NCBI GenBank assembly: GCA_051362555.1
Contig: CM120643.1
Span: 14,668,644-14,732,643 of the forward strand
Direction: 5' to 3'
DNA length: 64,000 nt
Origin: Lingula anatina
Lineage: Eukaryota; Animalia; Brachiopoda
Under the pieces are notes generated by a model. That model worked only from the letters and a program-made list of their open reading frames with translations. It made no database searches and was not told the origin of the DNA. A program made the position numbers and the translations under genes. The first letter of the stretch is position 1, and every line of letters starts with the position of its first letter. Shown one piece after another: positions 25,901-41,300 of the stretch.

Positions 25901-28900
25901 ATAGGGAATAGTTGGAAGAGGCAATGGGTACTGTAATATTTTTGGCTCCCACAATGTCAGAAATTTGCCTATAGTCGAAAAATTATCACCCCTGTATTTT
26001 TCACTTTTAACTGTGTTTGGTTGAAATTTCCTTGGCTCAAGTGGGCTCTAGTGGAGATCGCTTACTATTCACATTTAATGGAGTGAAAAGATTTGTGCAT
26101 TGGATATACATTTTACATGACAAATGAGTTAACACAGAGTTAATCAGTGCATTTTAGATCAAATGCATTCACATTTTTACTTTTGAACAGACAGGTAAAA
26201 AAAGACAGGTATGCATGCAGAATATGCATCAGGCATTGGGAAATTGCACAATGTACAAATCAGAGTGAAGTTGTCATGATGGAAAGAAGAGCCAGAGAGA
26301 GAGAGGGCAAGAGAATGGTACTCACGGTTTGAAAATCAGCACATTCAGCAGATCTACTATCACAGCTTGATCGTTCATGTTTACAGCTGAATCCAGCGCA
26401 GTCTGAATTTAAAAAAAAAAGAAAAAACATGGTTGTGATGAATGAACAAACTCACATATACTAGTTCCTAGTCATCTCATTCTCTCTTTGCCCTGTACTT
26501 GCCCCAAAAAATTGTGAAACATCTCTATATTCGAAATAATAATCTAAATGATAATTAAATGGAGAGGCCAGGGGGATGCAAACAATTCTATTTAAAAGGA
26601 ACTTGCATATGTGGCTCAGTCTTCAATTTCATCCCAAACTGGCACAAATTTTTTTAGATTATTTTCCTTCTTCCTTTCTTCAAGTGCGACAAGCACACAT
26701 TAAGTGCAATTATAACACTTCACTCATAAATATCTATTGACCTACTAGTAAATCAATTCCTGGTGCACACTTTTTCCTTTTATTACCTACACGCTGGATA
26801 TCTTTAAAACCCACCTTCATGTTCCCCCCTGTCCAGAGAGCTCTCACTATGGACAGATTCTTCGTTCGGCTGCTCATGACAGCCACCATGGCGTCGTGGC
26901 CCTTCATTATGGTTGAGATGGCCTCGGCCTCGGACATGTTTGAAGGGTACGATTGGCCCTCGTTCACAACAGGTATGCCACGCTTCTGAAAGAATTAATG
27001 ATCCAAAAATAATTGAAGAATTTGTAAGTATGGATAAGGTCCTGGTTTCCTTTTCTTGAATTTACAAGTTGCACTTTAAGCTCAACATCACTCCTTTTTC
27101 TGATTTGACCCAATGTAAAATTAAGCCCATATTGCAATAAATTGACATTTACTTTTTTTTTTTTCACTAGCCAAAATATTTCATTCTTCTTCACTTTTGA
27201 TAGAAAACTTCAACTCTTTTAAGAGCTATAATACTGCATGAAATATATGGGTTATCCACTTTCAGAGCAACTTCCAAAGAAACTTATTTAGTAAAATTCA
27301 TCCTAAAATACAGTCTTACTGGTAGAAAATCCTCTACAGCAAGTCCCACAGGTTGCTCCCTCTGGGAAGGTATCACTGTAGAAGCAGGTACAGAAGTGGC
27401 TGAGTGGGGAGCTGGTGGTTGTGAATGTGGTTGTTGAGACACTGGTGGAGGAGCAAATTGTGCCGGTTGTGCTGGCTGCTGCTGCTGCTGCCTAGACTGT
27501 GTTTGTTGTGACGGTGAAGACTGTGCTGCCCTCTGTGGTGGAACATGAACTGGCTGCTGCCGTGTGTTGTGCTTAACTATGACTGGTGGCGGAGGAATGT
27601 CCTTCTCTGGTATCCCTGGGAGAGAGATAGTATCCTCTCATGAATTACACTGTTAAAATATCAGTATGTTGTGAAATCTTGTAAACTGTGCCATCATACA
27701 ATCTTAAAATCACATTATTTAGTATGTTAGGCACATAAGCATCATGTGACCAAATGTCAACACACACACACACACTTTCATTTAACAGCCCCGAAATCAT
27801 AACACAAGCACAGACCAAACTCAGTAAAACAGGAAAGAACCCAAAAGCACAGCACAGCACAAAATATGCAAAATTTTGTTTAAATCGCAATGAACATGCA
27901 GTCCTAAATATATTCCAAAAATTACAAAGCCAACATTGCATTTTAATAATGCACATCAATACAATAAGTTCTTCTTTGGCATTTCCTCAAAAATATATAA
28001 GATAACTATAATAACTGTACACAAATGTTTGTCACTATGATAGCAAAATGCCAAAGAAGCTAACTCAAACATTTTCTTTTTCTATGTACACCATGTATAC
28101 AAACTACAACATTCAAGGCTAGAAATTGAAAAAAATTTTACAACATAACATGTACCAAATTATAATCAGTATTTTTTACTATTAATAACATTTCAAAGGA
28201 TAAATTACCAGGGACCCTTTTTGCCAATTTCTCACTGAAAAAAAAAAAACTGCTTCATTTAGTTAACCTAATTTCCCATGCCGTTTACACAGGTATTTAC
28301 TATAAAAGTTCCAGATAAAAAGCAGCTGTAAGCAAACAAAGCCCCTGGCCAGTGCATAATTTTTCATGGCAAAGCTTTCAATTAATTTCTAGCCCTGAAT
28401 CTTTTTTATCTTTTTTTATCTTACCATCATCAGGGGGTGCTGGGAAAGGCTGCGCAGTTGTTGTGGGAGAATGTGCTAAAATGAGGAGTTCAATACAATA
28501 ACATTAACACACTTCTTCCCACAGAAACTCTATACACATGCAACAGTGAAAATAAAACCTTTTAAGATAAAGTTTTAATACATTTACAGGACCATTACAG
28601 GGCTTGACATTCAGGGTGGCCCACTGGCCCTGGGCCACTGAAAACCAACCTAGGGCCATTGAATCGATGGGGTCACTGGCCCAAAGAGCAAATAAAATGT
28701 CATGTGTCAAATCATCCTTGCAATATTCACCGATATCTCGGGCCAGTATTGAAAAAAGTTAGTGTCAAGCCCTGCATTATTAAAATTTTCTTTTAGCCAA
28801 ATCAATGTTTTTTTTTTTCATACATACACTACCCACGGTTTATTCTATCATCTTCAATTGATAGTTTTTGATAGAAGAGGGGAAACAAAACAGATAATCA

Positions 28901-31900
28901 TTGCATTTCTGGACAAAACTCTCACTGGCCTATTTTTCCTGTTGCATAAATAAATGGGATACATGCAAAAATAAATATACGAGTAAACATAATACAGCTT
29001 AAAGTAAAACATATGCAAGATACACCCTTTTATTGAAAATTTATAATGAGTTTATCAATATCTTCAAACAAATAGAAGACCAACAACATAAAATCATGGC
29101 AAACTTTCCAATCCCTTTAAAATATTTGCAGTCAAACAGGACCTTTGAAAATGGCCCCAGTAACCTCAGTCATGCAATGCTTACTGATTTTATAACTCCC
29201 AGCAAACTGAGGGAGTAGATAAAGAGCAGCAAATGCAAGCTTATATGCAAAAACAATATTTTTTGTCATCCAATTAGTTGTTCTTCTTTCCTTTTTTCCC
29301 CTTAATTTTTCTGATAAATATTGTATTGGTTAGACTGAAAATCAAATATAGCTAAGAGCACTTTGCAAGCTATTTGGTCTTGCGACAATTTTTAATAATT
29401 TTTTATCTGGCGTGACATGGGAAGAGCCGTAGACAGCACACCTGTTTCAAAAATTGCTGTTGCCTAAATAATCTACATAGACAACTTCAGAACATATTTC
29501 ATACCAAAACTTGATATTATCTACTTACACAAACCATGCCTAGGTTGAAATATTTCCCTGTAGTCATTAGGGTCTTTGATATCAGCTACAGACTGGGCAT
29601 CATCCTCTGGGTCATCCCCCTGGCCAGCTGGCTCTTGTGGCTCCTCCTTGTATGGGCTGAGTAGAAATATACATTTTAAATCTCACATTCAGTAGAACCA
29701 AGAAGTGACTTGAGATGGAGTAATCATTCACCAAATGTAAGCAGAACTGATTCAATTTTATTTACTCATTTTCTAGTTAAAATGATCACTTAATTTGAAA
29801 CAAATTATTTACAAAACTTCTTGTCACAAGAACATTATTAGGCTGAATGCCTATAGATCATTGGATATTGGTAGCACTAGTGAGCTTGATTTGGTCTTAA
29901 AGTGCAATTTAAGAACACAAATAGTCTTACACGATCTTAAAACATAAGTAAGACCATTTCTAGTCTGACAGCTAATTAAGCTGTCTCTCCTTAAACATTC
30001 TCCTATTGTGAGCAGAGGTGTCCTCTATTGTGAGGGGAGGTATCCCTCATTGTGAGGCGAGGAAACTGCTTGACCATTTAAGTAATTGTTAGATCATTTT
30101 TGATCTTAAAAGCAGATTCAGTCCATTTTAAGACTACTACTGTAATGATTAAGATCGTGTAAGATCACTTGTAAACTTAAATTGCACTTTAAGACCAATC
30201 TAGCCCACTAGTGTAGTTGGCGGATGTTGGTAGACCTGTTAACTGTTCTCACTTGGGGTAGTAATCTACAACTACGTCATTCTGCCACTTACACACCAGT
30301 TTTACAAATACAATTTTATTACATCAAAGGCTGACACAGGTTCTGAAACACTGTCAAGATTGGATAAGAGATTGTTAATGTCAGGCAAATGAGGGCACTT
30401 ACTTCTGTTGCTTGGTGGACTGTGTCTGTGGACGATCTGTCTGAAAACTCTTCCTTCCACTGAAATATCAATATAAGCCTCTCATCAAAAAGTATTTCAT
30501 GAACAGTATGGATATCACAAAATATAACAAATAAACAGAGTGCTTGCAAACAAGCATTGGGTAAGTTTATTAATTGACTGTGCTGGATTTTTAAATAGCC
30601 ACAAGTCAAAACTTTTAAGTAAAAGATGACGTCACATTTTATTACTGTGTGAATTTTGGTATCATACCAGTTGAAAGTCTTCAAAATATCAAAATTCAAA
30701 TATTTTTCCTTGTGCATTTTTTGAACCGATGCACATTGTTGCACAAACTACCTAAAACATCTGGTTCATTTAATTGTAAGTTGAAATGCAACTCAAAACT
30801 AGTAATTATAATGAAAACAAACCAGGAATACTCTCTAATGTTGCATAGCATGACACCTCACCTTGCAGACAACCTTTGTGCTGGGGGCGCCGCAGGAGCT
30901 GCCTGGACTGTAGGGGGCTCTGGTGATGGTTCAGCAGGAACACCACCCATTGGCTGAACTTTCTAGAAAGGAAGTGAGAACATGGGTTTATCTCTGTATC
31001 AAATGATTCGCTTCAACTTTTTATATCAAAATACAAAAGCTTGAAGATGTCTATCAAGGATTATTCCAATTATAAGGGAAAATTATTTCATCTGGCAAAA
31101 TTCCACAGATTTTTTTACATGGATTTAGTGCAACAATGACACAAACAGCTCTATGCTATCATTTTAGGAAAAATTGCACAAGAAGACTCCAAATTTCTAA
31201 AAGATTTCTACAGTACAAGTTCTTGATGTAAGTGCCTATGTATACCTACCTGTAGATCTACTACATACGTGGACACATTGGTCTGTGAATATAATGCTCC
31301 AATCTGAAATCATCAAATGATTTAAGTTAATCACAGGGCACTGTACAATTTCAAACACCATCATGTTTAACCACTAGACTGATTATAACCAAAGACTGAA
31401 AAACAAATTGTACAATGGCAATCTATGAATATTTATATTTCTTGGTATAACTTACAATCATACAGCAAATAACACACTTTATTTTCAGCAATACTTCAAA
31501 TGGCTGGTTTTTCCATTCAAGTTATTCACACAGAAAGACATCGCATTAGTTGAAAGTGGCTGGTGATTAGTTGGTGGCCTTACCAGCTGACTCTGTGCAG
31601 TGGCTATGTCAACAACCTTCCCCCAGCCAGTGGCCACGGTGTCGTAACAGCGCGCAGGCTCCCAGCCGTAAACCTTCAGTACATCCTGAGTCGCAGCATA
31701 TAGGCAGAGTCCATCAGGGTGGAAACTTATGGACCTAGAGAGGACAGACATCATGGTTATTAGAGCTTAACTTGATTGATAAACAGGCAGTGGACTGATT
31801 CCTACTCAAAGTATTTAGAATTCTAAATATTAAGATTCAGAACACTGACCTCTAAATACTCAGTTTAAAGTTCTGAAATTAAACAAAATGCCTTAATAGG

Positions 31901-34900
31901 CCTTGGGATTATTCCACATGTATGACGGGACAAAGCAATATCATTATGTCTAGACTGGGAACATGTTTTTCAATGATAAAAATACATATATTTATGAATA
32001 TATATCAAATCAAAGTATTTAAATGATAATCATATTGACCATAAAATTCAAACCCTGTAGCTCGACATTACTTCAATATTTTGAACTTTTTAACAATATT
32101 CTCTTTTTCAATTCAGTATTTTTGGGCAGGTCAAACCTCAAGTTATCTCACCTGATGCCTCCACACTCTCCATCAGTGGTGCTCACACATTGGAATGTCT
32201 CGAGATCCCAGTATTTGGCAGTTCTTGAAAAAAAAATAGTAATAAAATAAATCAATGACTGCATAAAATTCCTTAAAAATTCATTCAACAATTGATGAAG
32301 TTCCTAAAAAACTTATCACATATCCTTTCTAAATAAATAAATAAATAAATAAATAAAAAGCGCTTCGATTTCCTACCTGTCAGAACTCCCAGATGCAAGA
32401 AGGAATTCGTTTGGATGGAATTCTAAACTGTTGACTGGCCCTGTGTGGTCATTTAACTCTGTGAGTAATTTACCAGCAGTCAGATCCCACAGCTGAAACA
32501 TGAAAGACAAATGTAGCTACAGGATAAAATATGTAACTGAAATACACAAAAGACAAAACAGTGTGTGTGTGCGTGCACACGTGTATGCATGTGCATTCAT
32601 CATATCCCAATATCAGACATTCAAAAAGATCAATTCGTTTATTTACATGAATTTAAAAGAACCCCCTCCCCCCCAACATTCACACACACACAAACTAAAG
32701 AATAAGATTTAAAAACACTCATCTTCTTTAGTGGTCTCAAAATTAATTTGATACTTGACCTCTATTTAAAGAAATCTTATGTACACCTAAGGACCAAAAG
32801 GAGTCACTCCCCTATATAAAGCATTACCTTCACACTTCCATCCTCCCCGGCAGAGGCTATCCATCTCCCATCTGGACTAAACCTCAAACAGTTAACGCAG
32901 TTAGTATGACCCTGGAGTAAAAAATACATAATAAATTTATTTTCTTTTAAGCTAATCAAAAGCTAAAAGGCATTTTGTATATTTGAGTTAAAACTGTGAT
33001 ATAAAGATTCCATCTTGGGACAGCGATTTTGTAATTTACTTTAACAAAAAGTTACTTTTCAAGATCATACCTCTGACAACTACTTTTTCCATTAAAACAA
33101 TTCTTAGAATAAATAATATCAAAACTGAAACGAATCAGTCAAATTGACTAGACCTTTTTCTTATGTGAATTTCTATATATTTCCCTAACACCCTCTGTAG
33201 AACACATACCTTGTAAGTAAATATGCAGCCCTTTCTTTTGATATCCCACAACTAAAAAGTAATAAAAATATATTTTATCTAAATGATTGAAGTTTTCTTT
33301 GTCACCGTCGTCACCATAAAAAAGGATCATTGTAGATAATTGTTTTTAAAATATTTCTATCACTGAAAGATAAGCTAATTTTTTTCCATATGGTTTAAAT
33401 CAAGTTAACTTTTTTTCTGAAAAAATTATACTCTCTCTCACAGACATTGCAACACACAAATGCAGTAGACCCCACATAACTTACTCCCCCTTAACTCAAA
33501 TTATTGTTTATTTCCAACAAATCTCAAGGAATAGATCATTTCCTTTACTGTTTGCTGAAACTCCCCCCACCTTTATGTTGGTATCTAGAGAACCCGAGGC
33601 CACGAAGTCTCCGTATGGATGGAAGTCCAGGCTGCGTAAGTTGGCCTTGTGCCCTGTCAGTGTACGCACAACTGGAAATAGTATAGTAAAAGCAATTATG
33701 TTTTTATTGTAATGTTGCATTGTTATTGTAACATGCCATTTTTGTTATATTACATTTACATTGTAATGATGTATTGTTTCTGTAATACTGTTACTGTGTT
33801 ATGTTATACTGGTATGTTTTATTGTTTCTAGAATGTTTTATTGTAATGATGCAATGTTATGCTGTATTGTAATTGTTATGTTATTGTAGTGCATCAATAC
33901 TGCAGGAATCACACTATATTTCCCAATAATCACACTAGCATTTAGAAATGTTCTAAAATATACTGAGATGAAGATAAAAAAGCAAGGTGGCTATTACAGG
34001 TCATCACAGGTGTCTAAAATCACCGAGACCACCATCAACAGGCCTGGTTTGACAATTGACCATTGTGACATTACCACTTATCCCAGCCCTGAGGTGTCTG
34101 TATCATCTCCTTCATCAATTTAATGACCCAGCCCCTTATCGCACATTAATCACACCACAAACTGCCCTTGGTCACTCACACAAACAGTGCCCTCAGCTAC
34201 TGGTCAACGATGACCCAAGTGACCAGTGGGGTCCTATTGCAAAGCTTGATATCTATGGTGGTTACACACTAATTTTCTGACCACTTACCTCTCCCGTCAC
34301 TTTACTTTCAAGATTTATATACTTGCAAAATGACAAAGTGAGCTACCAATCCATATGTCTCTTCTTTTTAGAAATGAAGCAATTTTTTTTGAGAAAATTA
34401 TTTGTTAATCATGTTTATCAACCTTACAGCATTTATCATAGCCTGTTCTGTTCTTACACTGCTTCCATATAGCCATATTATGAGAACACAGTGCCATAAC
34501 ATAAGGTATACTAATTTACAGAGCATAGTTTGTATGTTTGTCAATGGCAAAAAATACCTGATTTAATCTACTTTCAGATGATTGCTAGACTATTTGGTGT
34601 GAGTGTGGGAGAACAGAAAATAACCAACATCCCTCTCTAACTTACTACCAGCTAAAAGCTGACTGCTTGACATATTTTCAAAGCATAATACAATCATTGT
34701 AACCAATCAGTATCCAAGACACCTGGAACTATCAATTTCCAATGTCCCACCATTGCAGAAAGCCAGAGTCTTTTACAGTAACATTGTGCAGATGTAACTC
34801 GATCAAAACTCAAGCTGCCGATGTATTAAGGATTCATTAAGGCTGTCTTTATTGAACTACGTGTCAAATCGGCTTAAGTCCCACACCAGACACCAGTTAT

Positions 34901-37169
34901 TATTGTCCAGGCCACTGGGTTAATTACAGTTACCGTTAATGGTCAATGAGTGATTTTGAACAACACCCTTGCCTCTACTGGCAAGTATTTAGTAAGTGCC
35001 CTTTTTTTTCACTTGTTGCCCCCTTGAGATGTTGCAAAAAAAATGAGGAAAAATGTCCCTCAATCAAAAGGTGAATTAGACTTTTTAATCAAATTTCTTT
35101 GGAACACCAAAAGTTCAAAGATAAAATTAAATTTAAAAATATGTTCTGTCTTCCTGCAAAAGAGACTTTTTACACTGGATTAAACACTAGAGCACCACCC
35201 TATGGAGTGGGTTCTTAATTTCAGCACTTTCTACTAAAATATTCACTAAGAAACACATTTTCCCCAAAATTCTTCTCCTCTCTGTCAAGGCAGGATTAAA
35301 CAATAATTGCAAACACAGCAAGTTTTTGAGCTAAAAAAAGAAAGAAAGAAATACCGGCTATAATGGGTGCAAAATACAATCTTTTTTCTTTGACTCGTCA
35401 TATGCAACATAGCAACAATACTGGCAACACCATAACAAACAAACTGCAACATGCACGGATTTCGAAAATCAAAGAGGAAGCCATGAATAGTGATATGGGG
35501 TACATTCCCAAAAGAGAAGTATACAATTTCAGTCTGTATTACAAATGCTAAGAAAAGGGCCTGACCTAAAAATTCCGAAATCAGTTGGTGATTTCAATAC
35601 AAGCAGATCTGCACTATTAAGATACAAGTTCCAGCTGAGCTTGTGAAGGTTTTGCTGAGAATAACCTCCCAAATGCACTCTATTCAATATATCATATTGA
35701 CTGATTGACAGATAAGAATACAGTGTTCCTATATATAAAAGTCAAACTTACAATGCCAATTGAACTTGTAGCCAACAATAGCACACACTCAAAGAATTCT
35801 GACCACAAGGATTCATCATGCTCGAACCTTGTCACATCAAAGAGCTAATGTTTGACTGCTACACTCACTTTTTGCTGCCTCCAAGTCCCATATTTTGAGA
35901 GCCCCTGACATGGACCCCGCGGCTACCATTTCTTCTGAGTTGCCAAATCGGACTGCTTCTATGGCACTTGTATGTCCAGAAAGGCTCTGAATAGAGAAAA
36001 TTTGGTAAAATAGAGAGAATATATACAAAATGACATGTTCAGTGTGTGTGTGTGTGTGTGTGTGAGGGGGGAGGGGGAGAGGGGGGAGGAGGCAAGGGAG
36101 GCGATGTCCAAATTAAAGTAATGTAGCACTGGGGACCATTAGTCCAAAGCCTGCAATAAAGAACAAGAAAAGAAAATTCATAAATGAGATCTTTAATGCC
36201 AGGGTAGGCCTGAATGAGAATCATAACATTTTTCTTACAGCTTCTCAATTATCAAATATCAAATTGATGAGGGGCCCTGTAACTCGAAAGCATCGTGTAT
36301 TGCGAATTGCGATATCACATAGAAGCTACAATGTATTATACTGGGTGAGTATGGGCGAGATATGGAATGGAGATGCTTCTGCTCGGTCACAGTGCGCGAT
36401 GCTTTCGAGTTACGGGGCCCAGGTAATTAGTCTTAGGCAGGTAATAACATTACATAATGTCCACAGGTTGCTGGCAGACTGTTTACAGTTGTTTTTATCA
36501 GCTGAAATGTTTATGTAGGTAGGTGATAAAAAAGAGCAAACAGAGCCAAACTGAGATATCAAAAGTTTAGGATTAAATCTATGTCTGTACCTAGAAGTAA
36601 AAGAGCTCTCCACTTGTTTGTCGTACTAATAAGTTTTAAAGAGATAATATCTCAAGTGCTTGCTCAAAAGCTGCTACTCAGAGCATAATACACTAAACCA
36701 GAAGTGAAAGGCTTAAGGACCATAAACTGTACCAAAAGCACTGCAGATATATATACCAGCCCTAACGTAAAATTTTACCTGCTAACAAGAGGTCAGAGAA
36801 AAAATCCAAAAACAACAACACTATAACAAAGATGGCACACTTCCAGAATGAGCATTTTCTTTTAAAAGGAAAAACTTCCAATTCATCAACATCATGAAAA
36901 TTAAAGTCAACCCCACTGGCAAGAAGTGCCGTTTCTGGGAGACGACCAAATATTTTGGATAGTTACAAGGTCAGGGGCGTGTCACTTGGATTTTATTCAG
37001 ACTGAATCACAGTTAATTTTTTTACAACCTGAAGAGAAATAATTATTTTAATGTTGAACAATATCTCAATTGTTTTTTAAGAATTATAAATAATGTTAAG
37101 AGAAGTCCAAAATACCTCATAATACTGCCTGCAGAACAAAAATACTTGCATCCTCCCTCTTCACCCCTC

Positions 37170-37205
<36 letters not shown>

Positions 37206-38224
37206 GTCCCTCCCTCCCTTCCACTCTTCCCTTCACTCTCCCCTCTCTCTCTCTCTTTCCAAAATCCTCTTAGTCCACACTTACCATGATACAGTTTGGT
37301 TTTCCTACAGCCCACATGTTGACTTTCTTGTCTTCCCCTCCTGTCACCATCACGCGGCCAGACTTGTGGCCCAGGGCCAGGCAATTCACATTGCTTCCGT
37401 GGGCCACAAACTCCTCTGAAACATACAAATATTTACAGCTGAAATGAACCCTCTTATTTTATTTTTATATTTTTGCGGGGGAGGGCATCATTGTTTTTAT
37501 GTTGCACATTTATAAAGTAATGTTAGTAACAGTGCCCTGCTCCTCTTCAACTTAACTGTAAAAACAATTTTGTTTAAACATGCATGCCTATGATATTGCC
37601 CCTTAATTATCGGTCTATTAGTACCCATAAATGTTAATCCATTTGTTATTCTCAAAGTATTATAGGGGCAGCACACAGCAGTGAATCCAGCCATTTTCTT
37701 TTCAGATAACTTTTCAGATCTACTACTCAAATACTAGTATATACCAGTCCCTTCCTTCATAAGTAAGGATACTACACTCCCTTGCTAAAAATTGCAATGA
37801 AAGGATGTAAACCTGGCTATGGCCAAGCAAACAAAATGTTGTCTAAGAATTAATAATAAGACTAAAAGCAAACTTTAAATTTCAACAGTTTAACGGTGAG
37901 AACACCAGGTATTTTTTTCTGTTTATTTATTTTTTTATTATTATTTTATTTTTTATTTATTTATTTATTTTTGGTCCTGGTAAAAAAAAAGCTATTTAAC
38001 AATTATCTCAGGTAACTGTATCATTACAAGAGGGAGTGGAACAAAAGCTGTCACATTCACACACACTCAAAGACAGCTATTGTGTTTGCATACTGTGACA
38101 TAATACCTTCTACTTGATGCTCTGTAAATACTTTATATCAGCATTTTAGTATTCTGGGTGGCATGAGTCCACTTGAATGATATGAAGAACTTAAACTATG
38201 AGTAAATTCTCTTCATAATATTTA

Positions 38225-38304
<80 letters not shown>

Positions 38305-41300
38305 AGAGAGAGGGAGAAGGGGGGGGGGGCAGTGCTAGCTGGTGAAGTATTTCAATTCTTTATCCATCAACATCCATGTCTGAAAAATTGAAACCTGAAG
38401 ATTTTTGGACAAGACTTACCTAAGTGACTACAACGCAGATCATGAACCACCAATTCTCCCATTGTGTCACTCTCTAAACAGTATCAAAACTGCACTTTGA
38501 TCTCAAGACTTGCACAATTAACAACTGTATTTCAATAAATCTTGTTGTGGTAAAAGTTCAAAAAACACAAACAAGGTGGAGTCCTTCCTTTTATGCAATT
38601 CTTCGGACAGTTTACTGGCTCCCCAATGCCAGTCCACCCAAAACATTTCCTGTGCTAAAGCTCTCTAGTTCTGTAAGTCTTTCAATCTAATGATTGTCAA
38701 TGGCAAAATATACATCTGACACATGACAAAAAAAATTCCATTCCTTTCCAAGGAAAAAATTAGTTGTAATGTTCCCAGTACAAATTAACAAACAGTCTGT
38801 CCACATGATTTTGTATTTTTTCATCCTTCGTGAGCATTTACTAGTAACATTGTTCCTAACACTGTAAATGTTTCTGGATGTAATGTTCAATGAACGTCCC
38901 ACATAAAGAAAGCTTACCAATGCTGTGACAAATGTTACAACTCTGAGGCAGTCTGACACTTTCTAACAGTCCCTGCTAGCAGTTTTTCTGACTGGCATCA
39001 CATAGTATTCATCCCATACACATGTGAATTCAAATAATCCATATTCACTAGGAAGTTGACATGATTTTAGACATCTCACACAAAATCCAACATCTTGGTC
39101 ATAGTGTTACACACATGATCAAACACTAGGAGTACTGCTACATAAAAATCCAGGTCCATGGTAGTGAAAAACAGACCTAAGTCACATATTTCTATATCTC
39201 TCTATGTCTTATCCACCACCTGTGGTATATTATATATAAATGGACATATATCCATGATATTTGCAGGTGTCCTATGGAAAGCGCCTGTTTCTGTCACGCA
39301 TTCACAACAGCCTCCTTGTCTTCGCCAGTCGTGTTCTACATGACAAATAAGTTGTCTTCTTTTATAAGTGCAAGTAAAAGTTCAAGCAAGTCAGTGTCGC
39401 AGAAATGATGCGTGCCCAGGGCTCTTCTTAGACCTTGTTTAGGTTGAAATACTCAACAAAAGTATTTTTTCATACACTTCAATTTTTTAAAACCCTGTCT
39501 CAGTCCTAAGCAGCAGTAGTCGTGACACTGTCAATAATTCCACTCTTTACAACATGGTGACAGAAGTACAGTTGTTTCTGCCTCACAAATCATAAGTGTA
39601 GCATCTTGTTTTACAAATATTGACATCATAATCCTGTGAAATATAACAGCTCTACCCTTGAATTCCCTACTACAGTAGCATAGCAGTGGGTCTTATTTCT
39701 CAGTACATGTATGGCATCCTACCCTTTAAATCCAGGTAATACCAAGCTCTAACAATCTAAAAAATATATATGCTTTTTCCTATCTTCATGCTCCTGCTAA
39801 ACAGACTGATATAGGACCACAGCAACCCAACTATATGGGCCCAGAACGCTCAATGTCTAATTACTTAAAGACCATGATAAATGGCCCCTCTACTGTAGGC
39901 GCATGTAGTGCCCTAAAAGGCAACTTTATTTATTCACTTGACGTGTCATTGGTCTGGTTAATCAACCAGAGGTCAGAGGTCACCAGCTGCTGCTAAGTTG
40001 ACATTCTGTTGGTATGACAGGATCTACTGCATGAACTGCATAAGTAATGAGCCAAATGCATAATGAGCATTTGGGTTGCCATTGGTAACTGGGTGACTTG
40101 AGATATTTCTTCATGAAACTTGTATGCAGTGACATGTCAGGGAAAAGACGTGTAATTTTGCTTCTACTAAATCTAACTGCTAAGATTGCTTTTGACATTT
40201 AGCTAAAAATCAAGTACTGAAGAAGGTCAATTGTGGTGTTTCAAAGGATGTGTTATACCATGCAATATCTCACTGTTACAAAGTGAAAGTCAAATATGGC
40301 ATAGGAAGCCAAAGCAAAGGCCTTCGTTGGTATGTGTTTCTGAAAATGGAAAGCTGGTCTTAGCTCTAGTATTAGACAAAATCTGTTGCCAATATATATT
40401 CTATCAATTATTTGATACCAGTATATTGATATATATCAAGATATAAAATATTTAACCAAGATTCTGCCGTATATCAATTTTTTATTTAATTTACATTAAT
40501 CTGGTTCAAAGACAGTTAAGGCTTAATGATCTGCACAAGAAAACCAATAAAAGAGTGCCAACAGGAGTCCACAAAGGTATATCAGGGTTTCCTTGACACA
40601 CTTCCCCAGTTATAACATATCTATCAAAGTTCTGCTATATATATTTATAAAAATGGTATCAAAACAGTGAACAAGAAATAAACAGAGTCAAGTTATCAAA
40701 CTTGTGGTGCAACACTGAGAGTTATCATTTCACCAAAACCTGACTTAGATACAATGTCAGACAGCTATCAATGCACGTTGTCTTGTATTTCAATCATTTG
40801 TCAAACTAGCTCTTGATAGCACTGTGCATTTAATCTAATGGGTGGATAGGATAATACATGCTTGCATGTCACGAACCACGATAACAGGAATATTGAATTG
40901 TTTTTTCCCTATGATGTCCTAGAATGTACACACATTGCATTCAATCGAGACTTATTTGTCAGGTTTCAAGACAGATGTCTTCAGGAGTATATCACCAACA
41001 ATTAGTGCCTAATTGCTGTCACAATTGTTTAGTGTCATTTATGTTCAACGAATTATATATCACTGACAATTGTGTGTCATTTGTCAGTTCAAAGGCCAAC
41101 ACAGGAATTGGGCTATGCTCAATAAGGGGTGGGAATGATGATCATGTCTGCACATTGAAAAATAACATAAGCGAAAGGAGAATGGTATTTTAATAATATA
41201 CCTATTAAGTTTCAGACCCCCTTGATGTAAAAACAAATTAATTTATATTTCAGCACAATTATTATTCACAGACTAAGATTTCACTCTATGATAAAATTAC

